Part shown: one piece after another, positions 32,247-45,196 of the stretch
Position numbering within the stretch: the stretch's first letter is position 1
Layout of the letters: every line of letters begins with the position of its first letter
Assembly (NCBI GenBank): GCA_934167495.1
Contig: CAKPKP010000004.1
Location: forward strand, 48,148-112,147
DNA: 64,000 nt
From: an uncultured Clostridia bacterium
GTDB taxonomy: Bacteria; Bacillota; Clostridia; TANB77; CAG-508
Direction: 5' to 3'
Made by a program: the position numbers and the translations under genes
Notes under the pieces: model-generated
What the model was told of the DNA's origin: nothing
Seen by the model: only the letters and a program-made list of their open reading frames with translations
Database searches by the model: none

Positions 32247-32344
32247 TTTTACCTCCTATGTGAAACTTATTTCATATTTCTTGAAATATTATAACTTCAT
32301 ACGATTAAAATGTCAATAGAAACATGAATGTTTTTTCACATTTC

Positions 32345-32373
32345 TTGACATTTTTACTTTTTTCTATTATAAT
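32345..32373 (+). promoter_or_regulatory. Consensus sigma-A promoter of the TetR gene
   Basis: TTGACA, 17 nt, TATAAT. Lies in the divergent intergenic region with the ABC operon. Confidence 0.65.
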
Positions 32374-32404
32374 GTTAAAAATATTATAAGAAGGTGTTAC
32401 AAAA

Positions 32405-33019
32405 ATGACTGAAAATGAAATAAGAGAACCTATTCAAAAACGTTCTATAGAAAAAAAAGAAAGAATAATAAAATGTGGATTTGACCTTATTTGTGAAAAA
32501 GGATATTACAACACAAATACAGCTGAAATAGCTAAAAAAGCTAATGTTTCTACTGGAATTGTTTATCAATACTTTAAAGATAAACATGATATTTTAATTG
32601 CAGGCATTGAAAAATATGCTAGTCATATTTTTTATCCAATGCTTAATGTAATTAGTGATGATGTAAAAATTGATAATAATAATATAAAAGATATTTTAAA
32701 AGACATGATTGATCGTTTTATTGAAAATCATAAACTTTCTCAATCTGCTCATCAAGAACTTATGGCTATGACACATTCAGATGAAGAAGTTGCCTCATTT
32801 TTTAATAAATACGAAGTTTATATGACTAATACAATTTATGAAATATTAACTAAAAATGGTTTTGATAATATTAACCTATTAGAAAAAGTACATATTTCTA
32901 TAAACTTAATTGATGATTTGTGTCATGAAATTGTTTACCATAAACATGAAATATTAAACTACAATGTAATGATTGATTTAGTAATAGATACAATTGTAAA
33001 TTTACTTATTAGCAAATAA
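32405..33019 (+). CDS. TetR/AcrR-family transcriptional regulator
   Basis: N-terminal HTH (YYNTNTAEIAKKANVSTGIVYQYFKDKHD), 204 aa. Confidence 0.9.
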   Translation: MTENEIREPIQKRSIEKKERIIKCGFDLICEKGYYNTNTAEIAKKANVSTGIVYQYFKDKHDILIAGIEKYASHIFYPMLNVISDDVKIDNNNIKDILKDMIDRFIENHKLSQSAHQELMAMTHSDEEVASFFNKYEVYMTNTIYEILTKNGFDNINLLEKVHISINLIDDLCHEIVYHKHEILNYNVMIDLVIDTIVNLLISK

Positions 33020-33031
33020 AATTTAATATAC

Positions 33032-33069
33032 AAAAACATCCAAATAGTTTTACTACTTGGATGTTTTTT
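33032..33069. terminator. Bidirectional terminator
   Basis: 12-bp stem AAAAACATCCAA / TTGGATGTTTTT between convergent genes. Confidence 0.75.
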
Positions 33070-33106
33070 ATCTAATAAAAAATTTCTCTAAATTTCCTAT
33101 TAGAAT

Positions 33107-35161
33107 TTACCCTTCTATTGTATCAAATTGAGAATTATATAATTCTGCATATGCTCCATTTTGTTTCATAAGTTCTTCATGATTTCCTTGCTCTACTATA
33201 TTACCTTCTTTCATTACTAATATTAAATCTGCATTTTTTATAGTAGATAATCTATGTGCTATTATAAATGAAGTTTTTCCTTCTGTTAACTTATCCATAG
33301 CCTTTTGAACAAGTTCTTCTGTTCTTGTATCTACATTTGAAGTTGCTTCATCTAATATTAAAAATGGAGAATTTTCTATCATTCCTCTTGCAATAGTAAG
33401 TAATTGTCTTTGACCTGCTGAAATGCTATCATTTTCTGATAAAACAGAATCATAAGAATGTGGCAAAGTCTTTATAAAATGATCTAGTCCTACTTCTTTA
33501 CATACTTCCACAACTCTTTCATCAGATACATCTTCTCTATTATATATTATGTTTTCTTTTATAGTTCCATCAAATAGCCATGTGTCTTGTAATACCATTG
33601 TAAATAATTGATGTATGTTTTCTCTTGTTAAATCTTTTGTAGATATGCCATCAATTTTTATATCTCCTGAGTTTATATCATAAAACTTCATTAAAAGATT
33701 AACCATTGTTGTTTTTCCTGCACCTGTTGGTCCTACAATTGCAACTTTTTGTCCTGGTTTAGCTGTTGCTGTAAAATTCTTAATTGTTGGTTTATCATTA
33801 TTATCATATTGAAATACAACATTTTGAAATTCAATTTCACCTTTTACATTATCTTTATCTAATGATTTTGTTATACTTTCTTGTGATTTCATTTCTTCTT
33901 CATCTAAAAACTCGAATACTCTTTCACTGGCAGCTGCAGTAGATTGAAGATAAGTCATTGCTTGAGCAATTTGAGCCAAAGGTGATGTAAATAATCTTAC
34001 ATATGTTATAAAAGCAATTATAACACCAAATGTAATTACATTATTTGTTGTTAATAATGCACCAACTATACATACAGCCACATATCCAAAGTTTCCTATA
34101 AAATTCATCATTGGTTGCATTAATCCTGATAAGAATTGACTTTTTCTATTACTTTCGCAAACTCTTTTATTTAATTCATCAAACTTTTCATCTGAAGCTC
34201 TTTTTCCATTATAAGCTTTTACTACATTTAGTCCTGAGTAAATCTCTTCTATATGTCCATTTAAGTTTCCTAATTCAGTTTGTTTAGCAACAAAGTATTT
34301 TTGTGATTTTGATAATACAAAAAACATTCCTAAAAATCCTATTAAACTTGATAAAATTGCTGTTATAGCTAATATCCAGTTTGTATAGAACATCATAACT
34401 ATAGTACCTAAAAACAAAGTTACACTACTTACTAAAGTTCCTAATGATTGGTTCATAGATTGTGCTATTGTATCAATATCATTTGTTACTCTTGATAATA
34501 TATCACCTGTTGAATGTCTATCAAAATATTTTAATGGCAATGTGTTTATTTTCTTAGAAATTCTTGTTCTTAATTTCTTTGCAAATTTGTTTGCAACATT
34601 TGTCATACATATAGATTGAATAAAATTAAACAAAGCACTAGATAAATATAAACTTACTAAAACAATTACTATATTTTTAATTGCATCAATATCCATAAAT
34701 GGTTTTATTACTTTTTGAACACTTTCTGGCATTTGATCTATTTTAGAATACAAGGTTTCTGCTGTTACATTTTCATCTAAATCCTTCATTAATGTTGCAA
34801 ATTCCATTTGCTCTTCTACTGAAATTGTCACGCCATCTATTTCTATTTCTGAAAATTGCTTATTTTGCATTAAATTTGTTGTAATTTCTGTTGTTAGAGT
34901 TTCTAAATTATCTTTATTCACAACTAATCCTTCTGAGATTTTATCTGTTAATTTTGATAATTTATTTGGTGCAACAATAGACATTACTGAACTTGCTATT
35001 GCTAAAATTAATGCTATTGCTATTAATATTCTATAACTTTTTAATTCAGAGAATAATCTTTTAACTGCTAATTTAAAATTTTTTGCTTTTTCTGCTGGTG
35101 CTGGTCCCATCCCTGGTCCTCTTCTAGGAGTTCTTTTAAATTCTTTATTATCATTAGGCAT
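33107..35161 (-). CDS. ABC exporter, fused permease-ATPase half-transporter (heterodimer partner B)
   Basis: 6-TM exporter domain plus NBD (GPTGAGKTT, ISAGQRQL, ILDEATS). Confidence 0.9.
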   Translation of the reverse strand: MPNDNKEFKRTPRRGPGMGPAPAEKAKNFKLAVKRLFSELKSYRILIAIALILAIASSVMSIVAPNKLSKLTDKISEGLVVNKDNLETLTTEITTNLMQNKQFSEIEIDGVTISVEEQMEFATLMKDLDENVTAETLYSKIDQMPESVQKVIKPFMDIDAIKNIVIVLVSLYLSSALFNFIQSICMTNVANKFAKKLRTRISKKINTLPLKYFDRHSTGDILSRVTNDIDTIAQSMNQSLGTLVSSVTLFLGTIVMMFYTNWILAITAILSSLIGFLGMFFVLSKSQKYFVAKQTELGNLNGHIEEIYSGLNVVKAYNGKRASDEKFDELNKRVCESNRKSQFLSGLMQPMMNFIGNFGYVAVCIVGALLTTNNVITFGVIIAFITYVRLFTSPLAQIAQAMTYLQSTAAASERVFEFLDEEEMKSQESITKSLDKDNVKGEIEFQNVVFQYDNNDKPTIKNFTATAKPGQKVAIVGPTGAGKTTMVNLLMKFYDINSGDIKIDGISTKDLTRENIHQLFTMVLQDTWLFDGTIKENIIYNREDVSDERVVEVCKEVGLDHFIKTLPHSYDSVLSENDSISAGQRQLLTIARGMIENSPFLILDEATSNVDTRTEELVQKAMDKLTEGKTSFIIAHRLSTIKNADLILVMKEGNIVEQGNHEELMKQNGAYAELYNSQFDTIEG

Positions 35162-36917
35162 TTTCTAATTCCTCCTTTGATAATTGTGATAAAGCAATTT
35201 GATTATATACTTCACAATTTTTTAATAGTTCTTTATGAGTTCCTATTCCTACACACTCACCATTATCTAAAACAATAATTTTATCTGCATTCATGATAGT
35301 ACCAATTCTTTGAGCTACAATTAAAATTGTACTATCATTTGTATATTTTTTTAATTCTTTTCTTAATATACTATCAGTTTTATAATCTAAAGCAGAAAAA
35401 CTATCATCAAAAATGTAAATTTCAGGATTTCTTGCTATTGCCCTTGCAATTGATAATCTTTGTTTTTGTCCTCCTGAAACATTCGTACCTCCTGCTGCAA
35501 GATGAGTATCATATTTATCATCCATTTTTTCAACAAATTCTTTTCCTTGCGCTACTTCAATTGCTTCTTTTATTTTATCTTCTGTAATCTTTTCTTTTCC
35601 GTTATCTCCATAAGAGATATTATTTTTTACAGTATCATCAAATATTACAGCTTTTTGAGAAACATATCCTAGTTTGTTATGTAAAAATTCTTGAGTATAA
35701 TCTTTTACATTAATACCATCTACTAATACTTCTCCTTCCGTTGCATCATAAAATCTTGGAACTAAGTTTATTAATGTTGATTTTCCACTTCCTGTAGAGC
35801 CTATAAAAGCTACAGTTTCACCTTTTTCTGCTTTAAATGATATATTTTTTAATAAATATTCATCCGCATCTGGATATTTAAATGATACATTTTTAAATTC
35901 AACTGTTCCTTTATTACCTGTAGTGTCTGTATTTATGTTTCCATCTTTAATGCTAATTTCTGTTTCTAATACTTCATTAACACGATTTGCAGATACTTGA
36001 GCACGTGGTAACATCATGAATATCATAGCAAGCATTAAAAATGACATTATAACTTGCATTGCATATGAACTAAACACAACCATATCTCCAAATAAAGATA
36101 ATTTATCAACCATTAAAGCATCTTTTATTAGATATGCCCCTGCAAAATATATTGCTAAAGTTATTCCATACATAACTAAATACATTACTGGCGATAGTAC
36201 TGAAAATACTTTTTGATTAAATAATTGTTGATTAGTTAACTTAGTATTTACATTTTCAAATTTATCCATTTGATATTTCTCAGCATTAAAAGCTCTTACT
36301 ACACGAATACCTGTTAAATTCTCACGAGTTACTTCATTTATTTTATCTATTAATTTTTGAACAATTTTAAACTTTGGCATTACTATAACAACTAAAACTG
36401 CAATAACAGAAAGCAATATTGCTACACCTACAGCTGTAATTGCACTCCATTGCCAGCTTTTATTAAGAATTTTTGTTATCGCCCATATCGCAGTAATTGG
36501 TGCTTTTAATAAAAGTTGTAATCCCATTGCAATTAACATTTCTATTTGTGTTATATCATTAGTAGTTCTTGTAATTAAACTACTTGTAGAAAATTGTTTT
36601 ACTTCTTGCATTGCTAAATTTTCTACTTTATCAAATATTTTCTTTCTTAAATTCATTGAAAAAGTTGAAGAAATACCTGATGCTATATAACCTGTTACAA
36701 TTGCTGATAGCAAACTTCCTAATGCACAAGCAAGCATAAATCCTCCGTTTTTCAATATTTCACCCATTTGGCTACCTTCACTTTGAACAAGTATTGTTAT
36801 TTCAGACATATAATCTGGCATTTTTAATTCTAGCCACACTTGCACAAAAACTAAAATTAAGCATACAAAGGTTAATCCCCATTCTTTTTTTCTAAAGTTT
36901 TTTAATAATTTTAACAT
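35154..36917 (-). CDS. ABC exporter, fused permease-ATPase half-transporter (heterodimer partner A)
   Basis: GSTGSGKST, VSGGQKQR, IFDDSFSALD (degenerate-site-type Walker B). Overlaps its partner by 8 nt. Confidence 0.9.
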   Translation of the reverse strand: MLKLLKNFRKKEWGLTFVCLILVFVQVWLELKMPDYMSEITILVQSEGSQMGEILKNGGFMLACALGSLLSAIVTGYIASGISSTFSMNLRKKIFDKVENLAMQEVKQFSTSSLITRTTNDITQIEMLIAMGLQLLLKAPITAIWAITKILNKSWQWSAITAVGVAILLSVIAVLVVIVMPKFKIVQKLIDKINEVTRENLTGIRVVRAFNAEKYQMDKFENVNTKLTNQQLFNQKVFSVLSPVMYLVMYGITLAIYFAGAYLIKDALMVDKLSLFGDMVVFSSYAMQVIMSFLMLAMIFMMLPRAQVSANRVNEVLETEISIKDGNINTDTTGNKGTVEFKNVSFKYPDADEYLLKNISFKAEKGETVAFIGSTGSGKSTLINLVPRFYDATEGEVLVDGINVKDYTQEFLHNKLGYVSQKAVIFDDTVKNNISYGDNGKEKITEDKIKEAIEVAQGKEFVEKMDDKYDTHLAAGGTNVSGGQKQRLSIARAIARNPEIYIFDDSFSALDYKTDSILRKELKKYTNDSTILIVAQRIGTIMNADKIIVLDNGECVGIGTHKELLKNCEVYNQIALSQLSKEELENA

Positions 36918-37387
36918 GTTTCCATCCTTTCTATATTGTTTTGTTTTTTCATGTTTTCTTTCATCTTTTTTATAACATCTAAAAAGACTTCTAATTCTTC
37001 ATTCGAAATTCCTTCTACTATTGCTTCTTCTAATTCTACAAACTTTTTTTCACTCTTTAAAAATATTTCTTTTGCACTTTCACACAAAATTATTTTTTTA
37101 GCTCTTGTATCATTATCATCTGTTATTCTTTTTATTAGTTTGTTTTTCTCCATAGTCTGTAAAACACCAGAAACTGTTGCTCTTCTAAGATTAAGTATAT
37201 TCTCCAAATCTCTTTGATATATATTTTCCTCCATATGTTCTAAAATATAATTTATTATTTGCATTTGAGTTGGAGTTGGTATAGATAATACAATTTTTTT
37301 ATTTTCTTCTAACTCTTGCGAAGAAACAATGTTTCGAAGAATTAATTTCTCTAATGATTTTATTTCATATATAACTTTACTTTTAAT
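36911..37387 (-). CDS. MarR-family transcriptional regulator (proposed ATT start; the track ORF begins at ATG 37264)
   Basis: wHTH RRATVSGVLQTMEKNKLIKR. The frame stays open upstream of the ATG to 37393 and encodes a MarR-like helix 1. GAGGTG lies 7 nt before ATT at 37387. Confidence 0.6.
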   Translation of the reverse strand: MKSKVIYEIKSLEKLILRNIVSSQELEENKKIVLSIPTPTQMQIINYILEHMEENIYQRDLENILNLRRATVSGVLQTMEKNKLIKRITDDNDTRAKKIILCESAKEIFLKSEKKFVELEEAIVEGISNEELEVFLDVIKKMKENMKKQNNIERMETC

Positions 37388-37595
37388 TGTAATTCACCTC
37401 TTTTTTGCCACTGCACGCTATATGTTAATACTTTAATTTTAAATTGTCAAGTGCCTTACATTCTTTTCACAAACATTTCACATTTCGACCTTTTATTACA
37501 AAAACAGCTTGTTGACTTGATATAGACTATATGATATATTTTTATATAATAGGATTTTTCTCTGAAATTTCTATTATATAATTTGGAGGTTAGAT

Positions 37596-38270
37596 ATGAA
37601 TAGAATAAAATTAGTTGATAGAGTACTACCTAGTTATACAAAAGGTGAAGAAATTTTTAATATGACTTCTCATATAGTTGGAGGCGCACTTGGAATTGTT
37701 GCAATTGTTTTACTCTCAGTTTTTGGTGCAATTCACCATAATCCTTATGGTGTTGTTGGAGGTATAATTTTTGGAATATCCATGCTACTTCTATATACTA
37801 TGTCCAGCATTTATCATGGATTAAGTCCAAAACTTAAAGCAAAAAAGGTTTTTCAAGTTTTAGATCATTGTGCAATATTTTTATTAATAGCTGGGTCATA
37901 CACTCCTTTTTGTTTATGCACTTTAAGAGAATATGATCCAAAAACTGGATGGATAATATTTGGAATTATTTGGGCAACAGCAATTATAGGAATAATTTTT
38001 AATTCTATTGATTTAAAAAAATATAAAGTATTTTCTATGGTATGTTATTTACTTATGGGATGGTGTATCATTGTAAAAGCTTCTTTATTGCCAGAATTAC
38101 TTACACTTACAGGATTTATTTTACTTGTTAGTGGAGGTATAGTTTACACTATTGGAGCTGTACTTTATGGTTTAGGAAAAAAGAAAAAATATGTACATTC
38201 TATATTTCATATTTTTATATTTATAGGAAGTCTTTTACATTTTTTATGTATTTTACTTTATGTAATATAA
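37596..38270 (+). CDS. Hemolysin III / PAQR-family membrane protein
   Basis: 7 TM helices. Motifs SSIYHG, LDHCAIF and HIFIFIGSLLHF. Confidence 0.85.
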   Translation: MNRIKLVDRVLPSYTKGEEIFNMTSHIVGGALGIVAIVLLSVFGAIHHNPYGVVGGIIFGISMLLLYTMSSIYHGLSPKLKAKKVFQVLDHCAIFLLIAGSYTPFCLCTLREYDPKTGWIIFGIIWATAIIGIIFNSIDLKKYKVFSMVCYLLMGWCIIVKASLLPELLTLTGFILLVSGGIVYTIGAVLYGLGKKKKYVHSIFHIFIFIGSLLHFLCILLYVI

Positions 38271-38344
38271 TTTTTGACTTTTCTTGACTTTATTTTTGTT
38301 TAATAATATTATATTAATTGATATTTTTTTAGGAGGATTTTAAA

Positions 38345-39235
38345 ATGAATTATTTGATTAATGCTTTTAACGGATTTTGTATGGCATTAGCTGATAGTGT
38401 ACCTGGAGTTTCTGGAGGTACAATAGCTTTTATTTTAGGATTTTATGATAAATTTATAAAATCTCTAGATGGATTATTTTTTGGAGATAAACAAACTAAA
38501 AAAGATTCATTTTTCTTTTTAGTAAAACTTGGCATTGGCTGGGTTATAGGTATGATTCTTGCAATATTAATATTAACAAATTTATTTGAATCACACATAT
38601 ATATGGTAAGTTCTTTATTCCTTGGTTTCATCGTCTTTTCTATTCCACTAATTATTAAAGCAGAAAAAGATGCACTAAAAGGAAAATATATAAATTTAAT
38701 TTTCACAATTATAGGTATTGCTGTAGTTGCACTTTTAACATATTTTAACCCTGTTTCAGGAAATGCAACTTCAATTGATATATCTAGTTTAAATATTGGA
38801 TTAATTTGCTATATATTTATAGCTGCAATGATAGCTATTTCAGCTATGGTATTACCTGGTATATCAGGTTCTACAATATTATTAATTTTTGGATTATATG
38901 TTCCAATTTTATCTGCTGTAAAAGAAGTTATGAAACTTAATTTCAATTATTTACCAGTAGTTATAATATTTTGTTTAGGAGTTCTTACAGGTGTTGCTCT
39001 TGTTATAAAATTAATAAAAATAGCTTTAGAAAAATTTAGAAGTCAAACAATATATTGTATAATAGGTCTTATGATTGGTTCTTTATATTCAATAGTTATG
39101 GGACCAACAACATTAGATGTTCCTTTAGTTCCATTAGGATTAAATGAATTTAATATTATTGCTTTTATAGTTGGAGCTGTTATAATCATTGGATTAGATA
39201 AATTAAAAGAATTTTTAGAAAAGAAAAATTTATAA
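38345..39235 (+). CDS. DUF368-family membrane protein (family implicated in undecaprenyl-phosphate recycling)
   Basis: ALADSVPGVSGGTIAFILG and VLPGISGSTILLIFG duplicated motifs. Confidence 0.8.
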   Translation: MNYLINAFNGFCMALADSVPGVSGGTIAFILGFYDKFIKSLDGLFFGDKQTKKDSFFFLVKLGIGWVIGMILAILILTNLFESHIYMVSSLFLGFIVFSIPLIIKAEKDALKGKYINLIFTIIGIAVVALLTYFNPVSGNATSIDISSLNIGLICYIFIAAMIAISAMVLPGISGSTILLIFGLYVPILSAVKEVMKLNFNYLPVVIIFCLGVLTGVALVIKLIKIALEKFRSQTIYCIIGLMIGSLYSIVMGPTTLDVPLVPLGLNEFNIIAFIVGAVIIIGLDKLKEFLEKKNL

Positions 39236-39238
39236 ACA

Positions 39239-39310
39239 AAATAGTGGGCTGAATTATAAAATTCGGTCCACGTTTAATTATTCGTGTGTAAAATTATTGT
39301 ATAAATAAAT
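39239..39310 (+). repeat. Dispersed intergenic repeat copy (shortened module 1, degenerate module 2)
   Basis: AATAGTGGGCTGAATTATAAAATTCGGTCCACGTTTAATTATTCGTGTG aligns with 780-850. Confidence 0.7.
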
Positions 39311-39316
39311 ATCCTA

Positions 39317-39368
39317 AAATGACAGAAAGTTTTGAAAATTAATTTGAATTAAAACTTTCTGTCATTTT
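39317..39368. terminator. Bidirectional terminator with an 18-bp stem
   Basis: AAAATGACAGAAAGTTTT ... AAAACTTTCTGTCATTTT. Confidence 0.75.
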
Positions 39369-39562
39369 TATTAATTCATTATATTAATCCAAAACATTTC
39401 ATATGGGTTTAATTTTGTATTGCTATTTATCTGTTTTATATAATCTAAATCTCTAATTTTACTTTCAATTTTATTTATTTCATCTTTTGAAGCTTTTCCC
39501 ATTATTTCAGCAATTTTAATTTTTTGTACCATATAAAAAACAGAAATTTTTGACAATATTAT

Positions 39563-40054
39563 TTACTTTTTATTGTCAAAAACCTCTGTCATCTTTAAAA
39601 TATCTTTATATACAATTTCTTCTAAATATTTTTGATTTTCATCTGTATTTTTTCTTACTTTTGTTGCGCTTATTGGTACTTTTATTCTGTTTCTATCCAC
39701 TTGGCAATTTAATACATTCATTTTCTCTGCAACAGCTTTACCATATGGCTCACTGCTAAAAAAGTGTGTCACAGGAATGCCTCCAATTATTTTTTTCAAA
39801 TAATTTATTTGTATTTCTATACTTTCATCGTCCATTCCAAATTGTTTAGGTGGATTATATGCATATAAAATTTTAACATTAGGATATAATTTTTTTATCC
39901 AATTTGCTCTTGTTTCAATTGGAATATCTATTACATCTGTTTCATAAATTACTACATACATCTCATCTACTTGCTTTATTGCTGTTTCAATTAAATATTG
40001 ATGCCCCCTATGCAATGGGGCAAATTTTCCTATTGTAAAACCTATTTTTTTCAT
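39563..40054 (-). CDS. Small cytidylyl/adenylyltransferase-fold protein (NadR-type NMN adenylyltransferase-like)
   Basis: GKFAPLHRGHQYLI (HxGH-type motif), 163 aa. Confidence 0.7.
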   Translation of the reverse strand: MKKIGFTIGKFAPLHRGHQYLIETAIKQVDEMYVVIYETDVIDIPIETRANWIKKLYPNVKILYAYNPPKQFGMDDESIEIQINYLKKIIGGIPVTHFFSSEPYGKAVAEKMNVLNCQVDRNRIKVPISATKVRKNTDENQKYLEEIVYKDILKMTEVFDNKK

Positions 40055-40115
40055 ATATCATTCCTATTTTATAAAAGTAGGTAACTTTCAGAGCTACCTA
40101 CTTTTGATTTCTTTA

Positions 40116-41624
40116 CTAATTTTGAACTGTATTTTGATTATCTACAGTATTTGTTACACCACTGTTTCCACTATTACCATTTTCTTCAGTATGATTATTA
40201 TTTGTATTATCTTGGTTAGTGTTTACATTTTGACTTATTAATTCTTCTAAATTAGCCTTAGTTCTTCCTATTTCATAATAATATGTTGTTTCTCCTAAAC
40301 TTGTAGAAGCATATATCTTTGAACAAGCACAAGCTATTATTATTTTTCCTTCTGTATCTATTACACCATAACGTCCATCTAATGATATTATAATTCCTTC
40401 TACTCCTAATTCTTTTGGAATAACTATAGTATCTTTTACAGATGCTTCGTCACTTTCTTGTTTTTTATATCCTATTTGTTCATAGCTTGCTTTTAATTTA
40501 TAATTTCCAGTTATATCATAGAATCCCCATTTACCGTCTTTCTCCACTGGAATTAAGTTATTAAATAATAACTTTGAATTATTTACACCTATGGCATTTG
40601 TATTATCAATTCCTATTTTATCAAAATCTGCTGGTACAATAGCTTTTCCATCTCCATTTAATACACCATATTTTTCATTTTGCTTTACAATATATAAATC
40701 TTTTTGAACATCTAATAATTCTATACTTGTATATTTACTATTTGGAGTAATTTTTGTTTGTCCTGTTGAAGATAATAATCCAACATTGCCATTTGCAGTA
40801 ACTATAAATTCTTGAGTATTTTGTATATACTCTAAATTATCATATTTTTTACCAACTATTACATCAAAATTTTTACTAATATCAAGTACACCATATTGAC
40901 CATCTTTTACTACTATTAGCATATTATTAATTAAAGCTCTTACATTTTTAAATTCTGTACTTATTCCGTCATATCCTAATTGTTTTGCTTTATTATCATA
41001 AACTGTAGCCATTGTTTGTAATGTATATATTTTTACTTTCATGCCATCTCTTACAATATATATATTAAAAGATTTTGATGCTAAATCCCATGGTAGATAT
41101 AATATTTCATCATATAATTTTACTTCACTATCTATATCAAATATTTCTATTGATGGTGTATTTGTAACAGTATTTTTAGTAGTTGAACTACTACTAGTTT
41201 CTTTTTTTGTTGTATCTCCTTCTACTATTGAAGGATTAATATATTTTTTCATTACATCACTATCTGCAACAAATGACACTGATTCATTATCGTTTTGTAT
41301 ATAACAACTATTTTTTTCTTCTGTATATGCTCCATATTCTCCATTAAAATAAGTATATCCAACCATTGAAGCTAATTCTTTTATTGAAACATATTCAATT
41401 TGTCCATCATTACCATATCTAAATAAAGTATTTGATATTTTTATTTGCTTATCATCTATATATACTTTTAATTTTTTAGAATCTAAATATGATATATATA
41501 CAATTAATAACAATAATATTACTAGCAAAATTGTGCACCCGATAATAGAAAATAATACTACTTTTCTACTTTTCTTATTTCCACCATCATTCTCTTCTTC
41601 TTCATCATATCCCAATAAATTCAT
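40116..41624 (-). CDS. Membrane-anchored WG-repeat (KWG) protein
   Basis: N-terminal TM helix. Repeated xGxYGVLD / DGKWGFYD units. Low-complexity N-rich tail. Confidence 0.75.
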   Translation of the reverse strand: MNLLGYDEEEENDGGNKKSRKVVLFSIIGCTILLVILLLLIVYISYLDSKKLKVYIDDKQIKISNTLFRYGNDGQIEYVSIKELASMVGYTYFNGEYGAYTEEKNSCYIQNDNESVSFVADSDVMKKYINPSIVEGDTTKKETSSSSTTKNTVTNTPSIEIFDIDSEVKLYDEILYLPWDLASKSFNIYIVRDGMKVKIYTLQTMATVYDNKAKQLGYDGISTEFKNVRALINNMLIVVKDGQYGVLDISKNFDVIVGKKYDNLEYIQNTQEFIVTANGNVGLLSSTGQTKITPNSKYTSIELLDVQKDLYIVKQNEKYGVLNGDGKAIVPADFDKIGIDNTNAIGVNNSKLLFNNLIPVEKDGKWGFYDITGNYKLKASYEQIGYKKQESDEASVKDTIVIPKELGVEGIIISLDGRYGVIDTEGKIIIACACSKIYASTSLGETTYYYEIGRTKANLEELISQNVNTNQDNTNNNHTEENGNSGNSGVTNTVDNQNTVQN

Positions 41625-41640
41625 ACTTTTCCCCCTTTAT

Positions 41641-43819
<2,179 letters not shown>

Positions 43820-43824
43820 ATATT

Positions 43825-45181
43825 TTATAACTTACTTATTAAATTAGAAATCTCTTGAAATTCATCGACTAATTTTTTAAATAATAATCCAACTCTTCCT
43901 ATTAAATTATTCGAATCATTATCAAATTCTAGTTCTATTGTATGCTCAAAATTACTAGCATGCAATGGTTTAGATAAATATATATCTTCATATAGTCCTA
44001 TCTTCTTTCCATCACTATCTATATTACAATTCATATAATCTACATACCATCTCTTTAAACCTATTTTATCTTCTGTCATATAGCCATATTTTAAATAATC
44101 ATGTAATGCTGGTATATCATATCCTTTTTCTTTTGAATTTCTTTCCAATGTATGTAAAAATTCATGAACAAAAACTTCTTCTGGAAATGTATTTATACGA
44201 TAATTGTATTGATATGTATAACTTTTTTCACTATTTGGCAGTCTTATATTTGAAAAACCTATTCCCAAATAATCCATTCCACCGAAGACCTATCCAATCA
44301 TTTACTGGTATTTCAACATTTTTATTGTTGTCTCCTAACTTTATTCCAGCAAATATATAATCATATTCTTTTTGTTTTATATATGGAGCTATTAAATCTT
44401 TTACATCTTTTGAATCTACGTAATATCCATGCTCTTCATCATGAGATATTGTAGTTATAGGATCTTCTATAAGAAAAATATCATAATCTGCTGTCATTTT
44501 TCCTTCTGTCATTTCTTCACATGATTTTTTAAATCTTCTCATATTATCTTCTATAGTTCTTAAATCATTATTTGACATACTAAGATCCACTCTTGTTCCA
44601 TCTAAATCTATATCTATATTACTAAATACAAAACATACAAAATTCCAATCAGTTGTTTCGTCAGTACTTCCTTCTTCTAATTTTATATCTGAAAACCATA
44701 CTTTTCCTTTTGCATTATCTTCTTCTATATAACAACCTAACCTAAAAGCTATGTTCAATTCTTCTTTATCATCTGAATTAAACATCAACTCTAATTTTTG
44801 CCAATCACTTGTACCAACTACACTCTCAGATTTTTTTGATGTTTCTACTATTGATATGTTAGCCCCTGCTACAGAAACGCTTCTTTCTGTAACTACATCT
44901 TCAGTTTTTACCATACAACTTACTTTATATGCAGTATTCTTTTTTACTTTAACTTTTTTATAAAAAAATACGTCATTAAAATCTTCTGAATATATGCAAT
45001 AACTATTTTGATCCGAATACTTTACTTTATTATCTCTATAAAAATGCGTTTTTACATCATCTTTATATGTTGCTTTTAAATAATCAGCAAATTCATACTT
45101 TTCAAGAACTAGATTAATACAAAATAGTAATGCTATTAATATAAGTAAATACCCTAATGTTGAAAATACTTCTTTCTTCAT
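43825..45181 (-). pseudogene. Membrane-anchored HExxH (HEFLH) metallopeptidase-like protein interrupted by a +1 frameshift at 44284 (track ORFs 44231..45181 and 43825..44277)
   Basis: The two same-strand ORFs overlap by 47 nt. Minus strand reads ATA GGT CTT [C] GGT GGA ATG GAT. Skipping the C joins ...VNDWIGL to GGMDYLGIGFSNIR.... Confidence 0.75.
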
Positions 45182-45196
45182 TAATGATTCTCCTTT

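Noticed and set aside
32262-32340. TGTGAAA ... TTTCACA as a TetR operator in the divergent intergenic region
   Set aside because: The half-sites are about 60 nt apart and only 7 nt long, which is too weak in AT-rich DNA to call without binding data.
39371-39556. 61-aa ORF downstream of the NMNAT-like gene
   Set aside because: Its TTG start lies inside the terminator hairpin (TTTTTGACAATA...TATTGTCAAAAA) of the upstream gene. It has no RBS and no recognisable motif, so it is probably non-coding.
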